From positions 1 through 52,269 of IMG/VR virus record IMGVR_UViG_3300045988_083627: a DNA stretch of 52,269 nucleotides; one strand, written 5' to 3'. The notes beneath the pieces are model-generated. The model saw only the letters and a list, made by a program, of their open reading frames with translations, was not told the DNA's origin and searched no databases. The first letter of the stretch is position 1, and each line of letters starts with the position of its first letter. The position numbers were made by a program, and so were the translations under genes. Of the stretch, positions 36,357-45,370 are shown one piece after another. This DNA comes from a virus.

Positions 36357-37916
36357 ATGAGCTGTCAATATCCACCTGAGCACGCAGGACATGATCCTCA
36401 CGAGCTCAGCTGCGAGGAATACCACCACCGTCATCCGATCGATCGAGCTGCTCCCGACTGCGACGATCAGCTTCCGATGATCTCTACTGTTGGTCGCGGC
36501 CCTCAGGGTTATGGTTACAAGGTTGAGATCTCCGATCCAGATACCTGCACCGAAACATATCTGGAGGGATTTCTCTATGATCCGGTTACGGGAGAGTATA
36601 AGAGTGAGTGGAAATCTGAGAATATCAACGGCGGTGAACTGTCGTATCAATACAATCTCAGGCCACATACGATCCCTCGTACGTTTACTATCACGTTCAT
36701 CTACCGTAGACCCGGTCGATGCGAGTGGTCATGGACTACTCCTGCCATCCCTTACGTGTGGACTCTTGATCCTGCTGGCGCTCCTGACGAGGATCCTGAT
36801 CACGTGGTTGGGTCTGGCATCGCAACCCTGATGGTGAAGACTGTTCACGAAGGCGAATGGAACTACGAGCCTACTCCTGATGGATTCGACAAGGCCACTG
36901 GTCACAGCCACCATGAACGCCTCTGGTATCCTATGGGACCTGACGGTGAGCGTACTACGCGCGATCAGTTCAACGCTCCTAAGGCTGGCGAAGGATGGTC
37001 GGCTACGCTCGTGTTCGGTCGAGGCAATGGTGACATGGGTGGTACGATTGACGTTCCCGACTTCCAGGACATTGCTGATTTCATGGGCGTGTCGAAGACG
37101 GACATCATCTACAACATCCTTGATAAGGGAGAGATGACCAGGTTCCCTGATGGAATCGATGCTACCGATTACACCGACTGGGTACTGAAACATATGCACA
37201 AGGACATGGGCTTCTTTGAAGGAGCCGACCATGATTGGACCGATGACTTCGGTGGCCAGCCCAACATCAAGGCGTATATCGATTGGGCTATCAAGAACGC
37301 TATCACGAACCTTACCACGCCTGATCCTGATAACCCACTTGCCAACTTGCTTCCGAAGCCTGCTCGTTATGTATCCGGTAACGATACTGATAAAAATAAT
37401 GATACGTCGTACGTTACCTACGATAAGATGATTACCGACCAAGATGTTCTCGATGGTGGCAAGACGATGGGCGTAAATGGTTCCGGAAAGGTCAATGCTA
37501 AATGGGTAGTCATTCGATCCGAAGTTGGAATGTGTCTAGGTAAGGTCGATATCAAAAACCCGATGTCCACTGGCGTTTCGTTCTCCGTTACCTTCGATAT
37601 GAGTGGTCTTGTTTGTTATGAGGAAGGGGATTACAAAAATAAGAACCTTCCGAAAAACTCCTTCCCATCTTGGCAGTGTGGACTTTCCCGAGGCGATGGC
37701 ACTAATTGGATCAAGAACTTCGTTGGCTCGGTTACTTCTTCGGGTGCAGAGGTTGTCATTCCCTACAATAAAAACTGTACTGGAAACGACTATGCAGACC
37801 TTATCGTCGGAGGATATCGATCTGGCGACCAGGATGCTACGATGACCTGCACTGGACATCTCAATGCGAGAAGTCAGATCAACCTTACCGTCCCGTATTT
37901 CTTCGGTAACTACTAA
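36357..37916 (+). CDS. tail fibre / receptor-binding protein candidate A (519 aa); N-terminal PPEHAGHD and CDDQLPMISTVGRGPQGYG module
   Basis: AGGAGGA ribosome-binding site; N-terminal module shared with the next gene. Confidence 0.55.
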   Translation: MSCQYPPEHAGHDPHELSCEEYHHRHPIDRAAPDCDDQLPMISTVGRGPQGYGYKVEISDPDTCTETYLEGFLYDPVTGEYKSEWKSENINGGELSYQYNLRPHTIPRTFTITFIYRRPGRCEWSWTTPAIPYVWTLDPAGAPDEDPDHVVGSGIATLMVKTVHEGEWNYEPTPDGFDKATGHSHHERLWYPMGPDGERTTRDQFNAPKAGEGWSATLVFGRGNGDMGGTIDVPDFQDIADFMGVSKTDIIYNILDKGEMTRFPDGIDATDYTDWVLKHMHKDMGFFEGADHDWTDDFGGQPNIKAYIDWAIKNAITNLTTPDPDNPLANLLPKPARYVSGNDTDKNNDTSYVTYDKMITDQDVLDGGKTMGVNGSGKVNAKWVVIRSEVGMCLGKVDIKNPMSTGVSFSVTFDMSGLVCYEEGDYKNKNLPKNSFPSWQCGLSRGDGTNWIKNFVGSVTSSGAEVVIPYNKNCTGNDYADLIVGGYRSGDQDATMTCTGHLNARSQINLTVPYFFGNY

Positions 37917-37930
37917 GAAAGGAGGAAACT

Positions 37931-39343
37931 ATGTACCCTTACGAACCCTACAGCGGAACTCATCCGGCTCCGTATTGGCTTCGCGATGATTGTCATGCGA
38001 AGCATTACCGTGAACCTGATATGAACAGCTTCTCCTGCGACGACCAGCTTCCGCTTATCTCTTCTATCGGTCGAGGTCCTAGAGGCGCTGGTATCACGGC
38101 GAAGCTGCTGAAGGATACCGATACCGAATTTATCTTCTCTCTTGTAGACGATGAGACAGGAGAGCAGGTATTTCAGTCTCCGAACCTGGCGCCTACTATC
38201 GTAAGCGTCAATGCACCGAAGCATACCCCCATCGCAGGTGAGAACTACCCCATCACGTTCTCCATGCGACGTGGAACCGATGTCAGCGAGTACACGGTCG
38301 ATATTCCGTCTGGTGCCCAAGGCTCGCTTATCTACTGTCTTGAGGACCCAATCCATCTGAACAGCACCATGGAAAACGAAAACAGCGGAATGTGGTTCAA
38401 ACTCGCCAACCTGGGCGATACGACGTTTCGAACCACAATCGATCATCTGCTTATCTACGGTGAGCATGACTGGAACGGCAAGCCTATCCCGCGAGTAAAC
38501 GACATCATCTTCTGCCCTTACTGGGCGAAGACCAATGGAGGAGGCAATTCTATCGGGGTGTCGTTCGGTACCATCGAAGCTGTTGAGAACGGTTACGTCG
38601 TATGGACTGCGCGTACTTTCATTCCAAGTCTCGATATCTCTATCTCTACTGACGGAACTTGGGTTGTCGGCGGTGTCGATACTCTCGTCAAAGTAGCTGG
38701 TAAGGATGGCTCTCCTGCCTCTATGGAGATTGGTAGCGTACAGGAGACCATGCAGCCTACTGCAACGATCGAGAAAGTGCCAGCGAAGGAGAACACCTGG
38801 AAGCTCAACCTTGGCCTTCCTCGCGGTGCAGATGGTAAGCCTCTGAACATCCGCAGTGGAAAGTACACCGAGGCAACCCTGCCTCCGTTTGTCGATACTC
38901 CTGTGAACGACGCCTTCATTGTGGACGATGAGGACAACCGCTTCGACCTCTACATCAGGGGAGCATCTCCGATCAACACGGAGAATGGAGGCCCTTGGAC
39001 TATCGTAGAGAACTGGCAGGGTGTCCAGGGCTGCTCCCTCAGGTGGCTTCAAGATCCATACCTGCTTTCTGAAACGCCTATCCACATCGCCTCCAACCGT
39101 ATCGACTTTATCCTCACTCCATCGAATGACGTGATGACTGGCGATATCGTCATGGATAGCGAATTTTCTATCGGTATGATATCATCTATCCAGGATGGGT
39201 CTGGTGATTATTTAGCTACCAGAGTAACGTCGAAGGCTAAAGATCGCATTGACGCTCTGACAGCTAGGGTCACCGCTCTTGAGGAAGCCCTTAGGAACAG
39301 GGCGACCAATCAGGATATCGACGATACTGTTAATCGGAAATAA
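37931..39343 (+). CDS. tail fibre / receptor-binding protein candidate B (470 aa); paralogous N-terminus CDDQLPLISSIGRGPRGAG with a divergent C-terminus
   Basis: AAAGGAGGAAAC ribosome-binding site; shares the N-terminal motif with 36357..37916. Confidence 0.55.
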   Translation: MYPYEPYSGTHPAPYWLRDDCHAKHYREPDMNSFSCDDQLPLISSIGRGPRGAGITAKLLKDTDTEFIFSLVDDETGEQVFQSPNLAPTIVSVNAPKHTPIAGENYPITFSMRRGTDVSEYTVDIPSGAQGSLIYCLEDPIHLNSTMENENSGMWFKLANLGDTTFRTTIDHLLIYGEHDWNGKPIPRVNDIIFCPYWAKTNGGGNSIGVSFGTIEAVENGYVVWTARTFIPSLDISISTDGTWVVGGVDTLVKVAGKDGSPASMEIGSVQETMQPTATIEKVPAKENTWKLNLGLPRGADGKPLNIRSGKYTEATLPPFVDTPVNDAFIVDDEDNRFDLYIRGASPINTENGGPWTIVENWQGVQGCSLRWLQDPYLLSETPIHIASNRIDFILTPSNDVMTGDIVMDSEFSIGMISSIQDGSGDYLATRVTSKAKDRIDALTARVTALEEALRNRATNQDIDDTVNRK

Positions 39344-39358
39344 AGTTAGGAGACTACC

Positions 39359-40240
39359 ATGGATAAGACAGACAAGCTTGTATATTTACCGCAATTACAG
39401 CGATACGATGAGAAGATCAAAGGCTGGGCTGACGGGAAGTTCCTTCTGAAAACCCAAGCCTACTCTCTTCCGAAGGCAACTACTACCGCACTTGGTGGTG
39501 TGAAGATAGGCACGGGTCTCAACGTGGCGACCGATGGAACCGCCTCTGTGAATGAAACCTATGTCGATGGTCGTGTTACCGCAGTAGGCGATAAGAAGTA
39601 TGCGCTCAAAGCAGATGTCCCCGGTGTGACGCCTATGGCAAGTGCGGCTGAGGCTGGTAAAGTCTATGCTGTTGAGAAGGCTACGGCTGATTCAGTTGTG
39701 GGCACTGTTAAATACAGCAAAAGTGTTGGACTTGTTCTAACGGATATAGCAGCAAATTCTATTCAGGAAAACGATCTTAGCACTCCGCTATCCAATAAGA
39801 TTGACAATGCCTCTACCAACGCAGCGTCTGCAAAACAAATTGCTACTCAAAATGCAAATGCTATCGCGAATAACATCTACAGCAAGTCTCAGACTTATTC
39901 CAAGACTGAAGTAGACAACAAGGTCTCTGCTGCTCTAACTTCCGCCATTGTTCCGAAGGGTACCGTTACATACGCAAACCTGCCTACGCCTGCAAAAGCA
40001 AACCTTGGCTATATGTACAACGTATCCGATGCGTTCACCACTGACGCACGTTTTGTTGATGGAGCTAGCAAGAAGTATAACGCAGGCGCTAATGTGTATG
40101 TTGTGGCAGTTACGACTGGTGACTCCACTGAATATAAATTCGATGTGTTCATGGGCTTCGTTGATCTGTCTGGTTATCAGACCAAAGCAGATATGCCCGG
40201 TGCTGCTACCGATGGCGACATTGATGCAATGTTCGCATAA
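39359..40240 (+). CDS. tail fibre-like protein C (293 aa); N-terminal LPQLQRYDEKIK motif
   Basis: TTAGGAGACTACC ribosome-binding site; followed by a terminator. Confidence 0.55.
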   Translation: MDKTDKLVYLPQLQRYDEKIKGWADGKFLLKTQAYSLPKATTTALGGVKIGTGLNVATDGTASVNETYVDGRVTAVGDKKYALKADVPGVTPMASAAEAGKVYAVEKATADSVVGTVKYSKSVGLVLTDIAANSIQENDLSTPLSNKIDNASTNAASAKQIATQNANAIANNIYSKSQTYSKTEVDNKVSAALTSAIVPKGTVTYANLPTPAKANLGYMYNVSDAFTTDARFVDGASKKYNAGANVYVVAVTTGDSTEYKFDVFMGFVDLSGYQTKADMPGAATDGDIDAMFA

Positions 40241-40260
40241 GGCTATCTCATTAGCCAAGA

Positions 40261-40304
40261 ATACAGGCAGCTCTGCTAAAGTAGAGCTGCCTGTATTTAT
40301 ATTG
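40261..40304 (+). terminator. strong rho-independent terminator (14-bp perfect stem ATACAGGCAGCTCT / AGAGCTGCCTGTAT followed by TTATATTG)
   Basis: Perfect inverted repeat with an 8-nt loop and a T-rich tail. Confidence 0.75.
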
Positions 40305-40316
40305 AAAGGAATAAAG

Positions 40317-40937
40317 ATGACAAAAGATTCCACTACTGACCCCGAACCGCTGCAAGATAAAATGATTCTCCTTGCTCAACTGAAACGATATGACGAGAAG
40401 ATAAAGCAGAAGATTAAGGATTCAGCGAGCAGTAGAACTATCCAAGCAAAGGGAATTGCGCCGCTTAATCTTTCCGTAGAGTCTCTTCCTGATGGTGGCA
40501 GTAAAATAAAAGGTAGCTTGAATATTGGTCCTGGTCTCAGAGTTGAGGCTCAGAATGGTTTCCTTCTGCCTTCAGTTGATGAAAAAACTATCGAGATATC
40601 AGCTGGCCAAATTTGCGTCAAAAAGCAAGATAAGAAAAATATAAAAGTCTCCAACCAACCAACTAGCGGCTCCGTAACTGCTCAATACAATCCTGGTATC
40701 GTGTGCATCCATTTCAACGACGTATTGGTAACTGGTAATTCAAAAACATTGGTGGGAAAGATACCTTCAGTTTATGCCCCATCGACAGCCGTTGTCGGAT
40801 CAGTATTAAATTCCGGATCGAGCTGGATTATGTCTGCATATTCTAAAGTAGAGCCGAATGGATCCATCTACGTGAACCCGATTTATTCAAATGCAGCAGA
40901 TCTAGGATGGACGGGTACACTTACCTACCTGATATAG
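40317..40937 (+). CDS. tail fibre-like protein D (206 aa); N-terminal LAQLKRYDEKIK motif paralogous to 39359..40240
   Basis: GAAAGGA ribosome-binding site before ATG at 40317; lies within track ORF 39948..40937. Confidence 0.5.
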   Translation: MTKDSTTDPEPLQDKMILLAQLKRYDEKIKQKIKDSASSRTIQAKGIAPLNLSVESLPDGGSKIKGSLNIGPGLRVEAQNGFLLPSVDEKTIEISAGQICVKKQDKKNIKVSNQPTSGSVTAQYNPGIVCIHFNDVLVTGNSKTLVGKIPSVYAPSTAVVGSVLNSGSSWIMSAYSKVEPNGSIYVNPIYSNAADLGWTGTLTYLI

Positions 40938-40951
40938 CGAACACTGACAAT

Positions 40952-40980
40952 TAGACTTCTGTTTTTCAGCGTGCTATACT
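40952..40980 (+). promoter_or_regulatory. promoter with an extended -10 (TGcTATACT) upstream of the lysis-region small genes
   Basis: -10 at 40975-40980, TG at 40972-40973, weak -35 TAGACT. Confidence 0.3.
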
Positions 40981-41020
40981 CAAGTCAAAAAAAAGGATCT
41001 CATGGGAAGAGGAGGTTCAT

Positions 41021-41197
41021 ATGTTCGGACAAATGCAGCCTATAGGCTCCAGATCCGTACAGTTCGTCAATGGCCGTATGTCGGCCGAAGCCTATGCTAT
41101 GGCACCCAATTCTCAAGAGATTCTTATGGACATGAATCGTCCCGTTTTCTATTGGAAGACGACGGACGCTTCTGGCATGTCCTCTGTTCAAGAGTAA
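41021..41197 (+). CDS. small protein (58 aa, MFGQMQPIGSRS...), below track threshold
   Basis: GAGGAGGT ribosome-binding site 5 nt upstream of the ATG; TAA stop. Confidence 0.45.
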   Translation: MFGQMQPIGSRSVQFVNGRMSAEAYAMAPNSQEILMDMNRPVFYWKTTDASGMSSVQE

Positions 41198-41281
41198 TAG
41201 CAAGAGAGTTCTTGTATAATTTAATCATAACGTCGGGCGGGCTTCGGTCCGCTCGACCGCGTTTAGAAGACAGGAGTCGTT

Positions 41282-41425
41282 ATGAGTTTCAAAGAAGCAG
41301 TTAAGAACGTGCAGAAGAGCGGAAAGTATTCCAAGAAGGCGGCAGCTGCTATCGTCGCAAATGCTTCTAGAAACGCAAGCCCAGAAGCTAAGCGAAAGAA
41401 TCCTAAGCTCAAGAAGGTCAAGTAA
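41282..41425 (+). CDS. small basic protein (47 aa, Lys-rich)
   Basis: ACAGGAG ribosome-binding site before ATG at 41282. Confidence 0.35.
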   Translation: MSFKEAVKNVQKSGKYSKKAAAAIVANASRNASPEAKRKNPKLKKVK

Positions 41426-41491
41426 ACTTTCGTTTCTCGGCGTCAGCTGTCATAATCTTCATGTAAGGAAAACCAAGAGTTTAAGGATGAA

Positions 41492-41714
41492 CATGATGGA
41501 TTTGGTAGCTGTTTTCGGACCGGCTGTGTTGTCGGCTGTCGTCGGAGCCGGCTCTGCGGTACTGACCTTCTACGCTCAGATTACCAACCGCCTCACGAAG
41601 TTGGAGACGAAGATGGATGATCTGGACTCGAAGGTTGACAAGCATAACAACGTGATCGAACGAACTTTTATTCTCGAAGGAAAGGTCGATCAGCTGGTAA
41701 ACCACCAGATTTAA
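41492..41714 (+). CDS. membrane protein with an N-terminal TM helix and coiled coil (holin-like or spanin-like, about 74 aa)
   Basis: VAVFGPAVLSAVVGAGSAVLTF TM segment; start at 41486 or 41492; part of track ORF 41361..41714. Confidence 0.45.
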
Positions 41715-41728
41715 AGGAGGTGTTGAAC

Positions 41729-41965
41729 ATGCTTGACAAGTTTCTGAACGATAACTCCATGGCTATGCGCCTTGTCCGCACCATCGTGCAGGGCATCATC
41801 GCTACGCTCATCGTCGCAGTTCCTCTTGCGATTGCTGGAGTGATCAAGGACCCGCAGTGGGCGGCAGTCGTCACCGCTGCGATCATGGCCGTTCTGAGCC
41901 CCATTATGGCGATGCTCAAGAGCGGCAAGCCCGAAGATGGGCTCGAGGACACTAAGGAGGAATAA
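41729..41965 (+). CDS. putative holin (78 aa, two TM helices, charged C-terminus)
   Basis: GGAGGTG ribosome-binding site; TM helices IIATLIVAVPLAIAGVI and AAVVTAAIMAVLSPIMAML. Confidence 0.55.
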   Translation: MLDKFLNDNSMAMRLVRTIVQGIIATLIVAVPLAIAGVIKDPQWAAVVTAAIMAVLSPIMAMLKSGKPEDGLEDTKEE

Positions 41966-42064
41966 TGAACAAAAGCGAAAGCGATCTCATGAAGGAGTTC
42001 ATTGCAGCAGGACGTGGCTCTGGCGACGGTCCCGATGATGAACATGAGGTGAAGGAGGCCGAGT

Positions 42065-42778
42065 ATGTCAGCAGCAAAGAACGTCCTGTACTGCGCCCGG
42101 CAGTGGATCGGGTACAGTAGGTGGGATGATCCCGAACCTGGTACTGTGTTCGGGCGATGGTATGCAGAGCTTGTAGGCGATTCCTACTTTGGTGAGTCCG
42201 GCGTTCCCTACTGCGCAATGTTCGTAAGCTACTGCTTGAACTGGGCAGGCATCGAGGCTGCTGGATTGCCTGGTGCATATGTGCCTTGGATCCTCTCTGC
42301 TAACTCGGATGCTGGCCGACTCGTCGCCAATGAGGATGCACAGCCAGGTGACCTTGTGATGTTCGACTGGCAGGGTGACGGTGTAGCTGATCACATCGGA
42401 ATCGTCGAGAAGAATCACGCAGATGAAGGCTGGATGCAGACCATCGAGGGGAACACCTCTCCTGGCAGCGGTGGATCCCAGAGCAACGGCGGCGGAGTCT
42501 ATCGCCGAGCTCGTAACTATAGCTCCATCATCGGAGTTGCACGACCCTATTATGAAACTCAGGAAGAGGAGGACGACATGCTCACCGAACATCAGGATAT
42601 GCTGCTCGCGACCATCTATGAACAGGTCACGGGCACTTACGACCCAACTAACCGTGGAGTTGAGCTCAACGATCACGACCACATCAAGTGGATCGGGAAG
42701 CAGGTAGCGGACAACGCCGACTATATCAAGGCAGTTGACGCTAAGCTTGACAAGCTCATCAAAGCGCTTGGTAAGTAA
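42065..42778 (+). CDS. CHAP-domain peptidoglycan hydrolase (endolysin)
   Basis: Catalytic Cys in PYCAMFVSYC and His in DHIGIVE; AAGGAGG ribosome-binding site. Confidence 0.7.
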   Translation: MSAAKNVLYCARQWIGYSRWDDPEPGTVFGRWYAELVGDSYFGESGVPYCAMFVSYCLNWAGIEAAGLPGAYVPWILSANSDAGRLVANEDAQPGDLVMFDWQGDGVADHIGIVEKNHADEGWMQTIEGNTSPGSGGSQSNGGGVYRRARNYSSIIGVARPYYETQEEEDDMLTEHQDMLLATIYEQVTGTYDPTNRGVELNDHDHIKWIGKQVADNADYIKAVDAKLDKLIKALGK

Positions 42779-42782
42779 AAGA

Positions 42783-42817
42783 AAAGCCCTCGGAAAACCG
42801 GGGGCTTTCTTGTTTTA
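42783..42817. terminator. bidirectional rho-independent terminator between the convergent endolysin (+) and terminase (-) genes
   Basis: AAAGCCCUCGG-aaaa-CCGGGGGCUUU forms an 11-bp stem with a G-U wobble, with U-tracts on both strands. Confidence 0.75.
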
Positions 42818-44344
42818 CCAATCGGGAGAATAAGACGGAGCGCCGGACCCTGGGTTCGGCTTTTTCTTTTGCGCCAGCTTCGACGGCCTCATCCAGGCAG
42901 GAACTCCGCTGTACTTGTCGTCTTGCTCCTCTCCCCATGCTGGGTACCTCAGCGGCATCTCCTTTGGTCCACCGTCAGAAGTACGTATATATGGTAGTTG
43001 CTCAATCATCTCGGCACAATATCTTGTGGCATCCATGATGTGACTGTATCTATCATGCTTCGGTGTGGCTGCCCAGTCATCGACGGAGCTAAGCTCTTTG
43101 TATTCCCATGACTCGAAGCACTCCATCACCCAGTCGCATTTGTCGGAGTTGATGACCATGTTTGGCAGCAGCTTACGGACACGGTTGATCCCATCCGCAA
43201 CGTAGGTTCTCTCAAGCTTTCGCCATTGGATATTGGGGAACATCTGCCGACATTCCTCCAAAGGCGAGTGCTGCGAACCAGAGCGATCGGAGTCCCACGG
43301 AAGGCAGGCAGCTCTGATCAAGTGGAAGTAAGGTCGCTTAGCAAGCTCTTGCACACATTCCACCACAGCCTTTCGGTTGTCCTCATAGTAGTCGTAAATG
43401 AACATCTTGCCATCGAGGTATTGGAACACGATGCCGGCCGTCCAGTCAGACTGCTTATCCTTCGAGGAGATGTCCCATGCCATATACACAGGCTTGTCAG
43501 TGCGCAGGTTGTGCGGTGTGAAGCGTCCCTCAGCTCTCAGTATTTCGATGCCAGGGTAGACGAGGCCAGCATTCACTGCGAGGAACTCACACATGAACTC
43601 CTGACGGAACATGTTGTCGTTGCCATGAGCACGGATGTAACGCTGTCTAACGTTCTCCAATGCCTCGGGAGACCAGAGCTTCGAGCCATCTGCAAGCGTA
43701 GCCTGGTCTGCACGCACAACATCAACGTAGACACGGCCATGAGCGCCGGGCCACTTAGCAGGATCGTCCTCCCCGGTATAGGTTCTGAGCATATCTGCTG
43801 CCACGTTATTCATGCCTCGTGGCGTGAAGTTGAAGTTGACGGACAACGGCTGACCCATTGCAGCCTTGTTCTCCCAGATAGGCATGATGAAGTCAAAGGC
43901 GCCTCTTCGGTAGAGCGACAGCTCCGATACGTAAAACGACTCGTAGGATGAGCCGATGAGCGATTCTGATTCCTTAAAGCCGATGAACTGGATGAGCGCT
44001 TCTGCTTTATCTTCTGGGTTGTTCAGGAACTTGATCTGCTGTTGAGTCTCTTTGATGTCCAACATGTCAGCTGGATAGTTGTCCCAATGTTTACGACCAT
44101 CAAGGTACTTGTCCCAGATGTTACGCCTGATCCACTTGTTATCCAGGCCGACATAGGCAGTCTGGGTACCAGGATGATCCCATGAGAAGTGCATCGCCTT
44201 CTGGATATCATCAGTATCCTTGCCTTCCTGTCGTCCCCAGATTTTGAAATAGTAATCGAACTGCCCCGATAAGCGGCGAGCCCAGGCATCCCGCTGATAG
44301 GGCCTGGGCTCGTAGTACATCGGGACCTTGAGTCCCGCAGCCAT
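42815..44344 (-). CDS. terminase large subunit
   Basis: Walker A-like WGRQEGKD; nuclease-domain motif HDRYSHIMDATRY; 509 aa. Confidence 0.75.
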   Translation of the reverse strand: MAAGLKVPMYYEPRPYQRDAWARRLSGQFDYYFKIWGRQEGKDTDDIQKAMHFSWDHPGTQTAYVGLDNKWIRRNIWDKYLDGRKHWDNYPADMLDIKETQQQIKFLNNPEDKAEALIQFIGFKESESLIGSSYESFYVSELSLYRRGAFDFIMPIWENKAAMGQPLSVNFNFTPRGMNNVAADMLRTYTGEDDPAKWPGAHGRVYVDVVRADQATLADGSKLWSPEALENVRQRYIRAHGNDNMFRQEFMCEFLAVNAGLVYPGIEILRAEGRFTPHNLRTDKPVYMAWDISSKDKQSDWTAGIVFQYLDGKMFIYDYYEDNRKAVVECVQELAKRPYFHLIRAACLPWDSDRSGSQHSPLEECRQMFPNIQWRKLERTYVADGINRVRKLLPNMVINSDKCDWVMECFESWEYKELSSVDDWAATPKHDRYSHIMDATRYCAEMIEQLPYIRTSDGGPKEMPLRYPAWGEEQDDKYSGVPAWMRPSKLAQKKKPNPGSGAPSYSPDW

Positions 44345-44346
44345 AG

Positions 44347-44934
44347 TTACTCTGCTTTGCTAATCTGCTCGTCAAGCTTGGCGATAGCTTCCTTGGCGTC
44401 CTCATTGAAATGGTACGCCTCCTGAAGCTGACCATCCAAAGTGCGTGCAATGTTGAGCATAACAGCTTCCATTGTAATGTCCACGATCGTGGTCTCGTCC
44501 CGCTCGTTGAACTTGTGATCGATCATAGAATCGAAGAAGTCCTTGTACTCTTCAACGCTTTCGATCGCCTCGAAGCGTTCTGCGATACCATGGAGTAGAT
44601 CGACCGTGCGGCGAGAGATGACTGCTGCATCAGCGAACGCGATCTCTTGGCCGTACTTGGTATGCTCCAGTACCTCTGAGAGCAGGCGCTTGCTTTCCAG
44701 CCAACCGTTGACAGTCTCGAAGGAGGACGCCATGTTGTTCACACGGGCCAGGAACTGCTTCTCGGTAGCCTCCTGCTTCTTTTTGAGGTTCTCAATAGCA
44801 GCTTTCTTCTGCGCCTCCAGATCCTTTTTAAGGGCGGCTTTCTTGATGGTAGCCTCAGTGTTCTTCTTGACTGCAACCTTGGTCTCAGATTTAGTCTGAG
44901 GTGCCTTAGACTGCTTCTTCGCCTCGTTCGTCAT
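44347..44934 (-). CDS. hypothetical Lys-rich coiled-coil protein (195 aa); position is compatible with a small terminase subunit but is unsupported
   Basis: Immediately upstream of and coupled to the terminase large subunit. Confidence 0.5.
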   Translation of the reverse strand: MTNEAKKQSKAPQTKSETKVAVKKNTEATIKKAALKKDLEAQKKAAIENLKKKQEATEKQFLARVNNMASSFETVNGWLESKRLLSEVLEHTKYGQEIAFADAAVISRRTVDLLHGIAERFEAIESVEEYKDFFDSMIDHKFNERDETTIVDITMEAVMLNIARTLDGQLQEAYHFNEDAKEAIAKLDEQISKAE

Positions 44935-44937
44935 AGC

Positions 44938-45138
44938 TTAATCTCCTTCTCTGATTTCATTTATATAGTCGATGGCTTCCTGCCGTGTAGCGCAATCGAT
45001 GATGTGCTTCCATTCCTCGTTGCCGATAACAAGTCCGTCTTCAATAAGCGTTTCACCGATGTAGATTCGAAACTTGCGCTTGCGATTAGGGCCTATGGTC
45101 TCCTGAATCTTATAGCGAAGATTCTTCTCAGTTGTCAT
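44938..45138 (-). CDS. small protein (about 66 aa) with an EAIDYIN motif; paralogue of the upstream gene
   Basis: ATG at 45138 overlaps the upstream TGA. Confidence 0.45.
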   Translation of the reverse strand: MTTEKNLRYKIQETIGPNRKRKFRIYIGETLIEDGLVIGNEEWKHIIDCATRQEAIDYINEIREGD

Positions 45139-45370
45139 AGCATGGCTCCTCTGGCTCGTAGTCAGGATCGTACATAGAGTTGATGTAATCAAGCGCTTCA
45201 TTGTAAGTGCGAAATAATTGCTGTTTCGGAATCACCGTCGTCTCGATCCAATAAATCTCACGAGTACCATGTCGCTCGGTATTCACATACCCTTTCTTGA
45301 TAATGTGAATCTGGGCTGTTTTCTCTTCCATCACTTCCGACCTTTCTTGAGCATTTGATCCTGCGACCAC
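45128..45370 (-). CDS. small protein (80 aa) with an EALDYIN motif
   Basis: Shares IYWIET / EA(L/I)DYIN with the downstream gene. Confidence 0.45.
   Translation of the reverse strand: MVAGSNAQERSEVMEEKTAQIHIIKKGYVNTERHGTREIYWIETTVIPKQQLFRTYNEALDYINSMYDPDYEPEEPCYDN

Noticed and set aside
41965-42117. 50-aa acidic ORF with an AAGGAGG ribosome-binding site overlapping the endolysin start
   Set aside because: It overlaps the well-supported endolysin N-terminus by 53 nt in another frame. It may be real but cannot be supported from sequence alone, so it was left out of the features.
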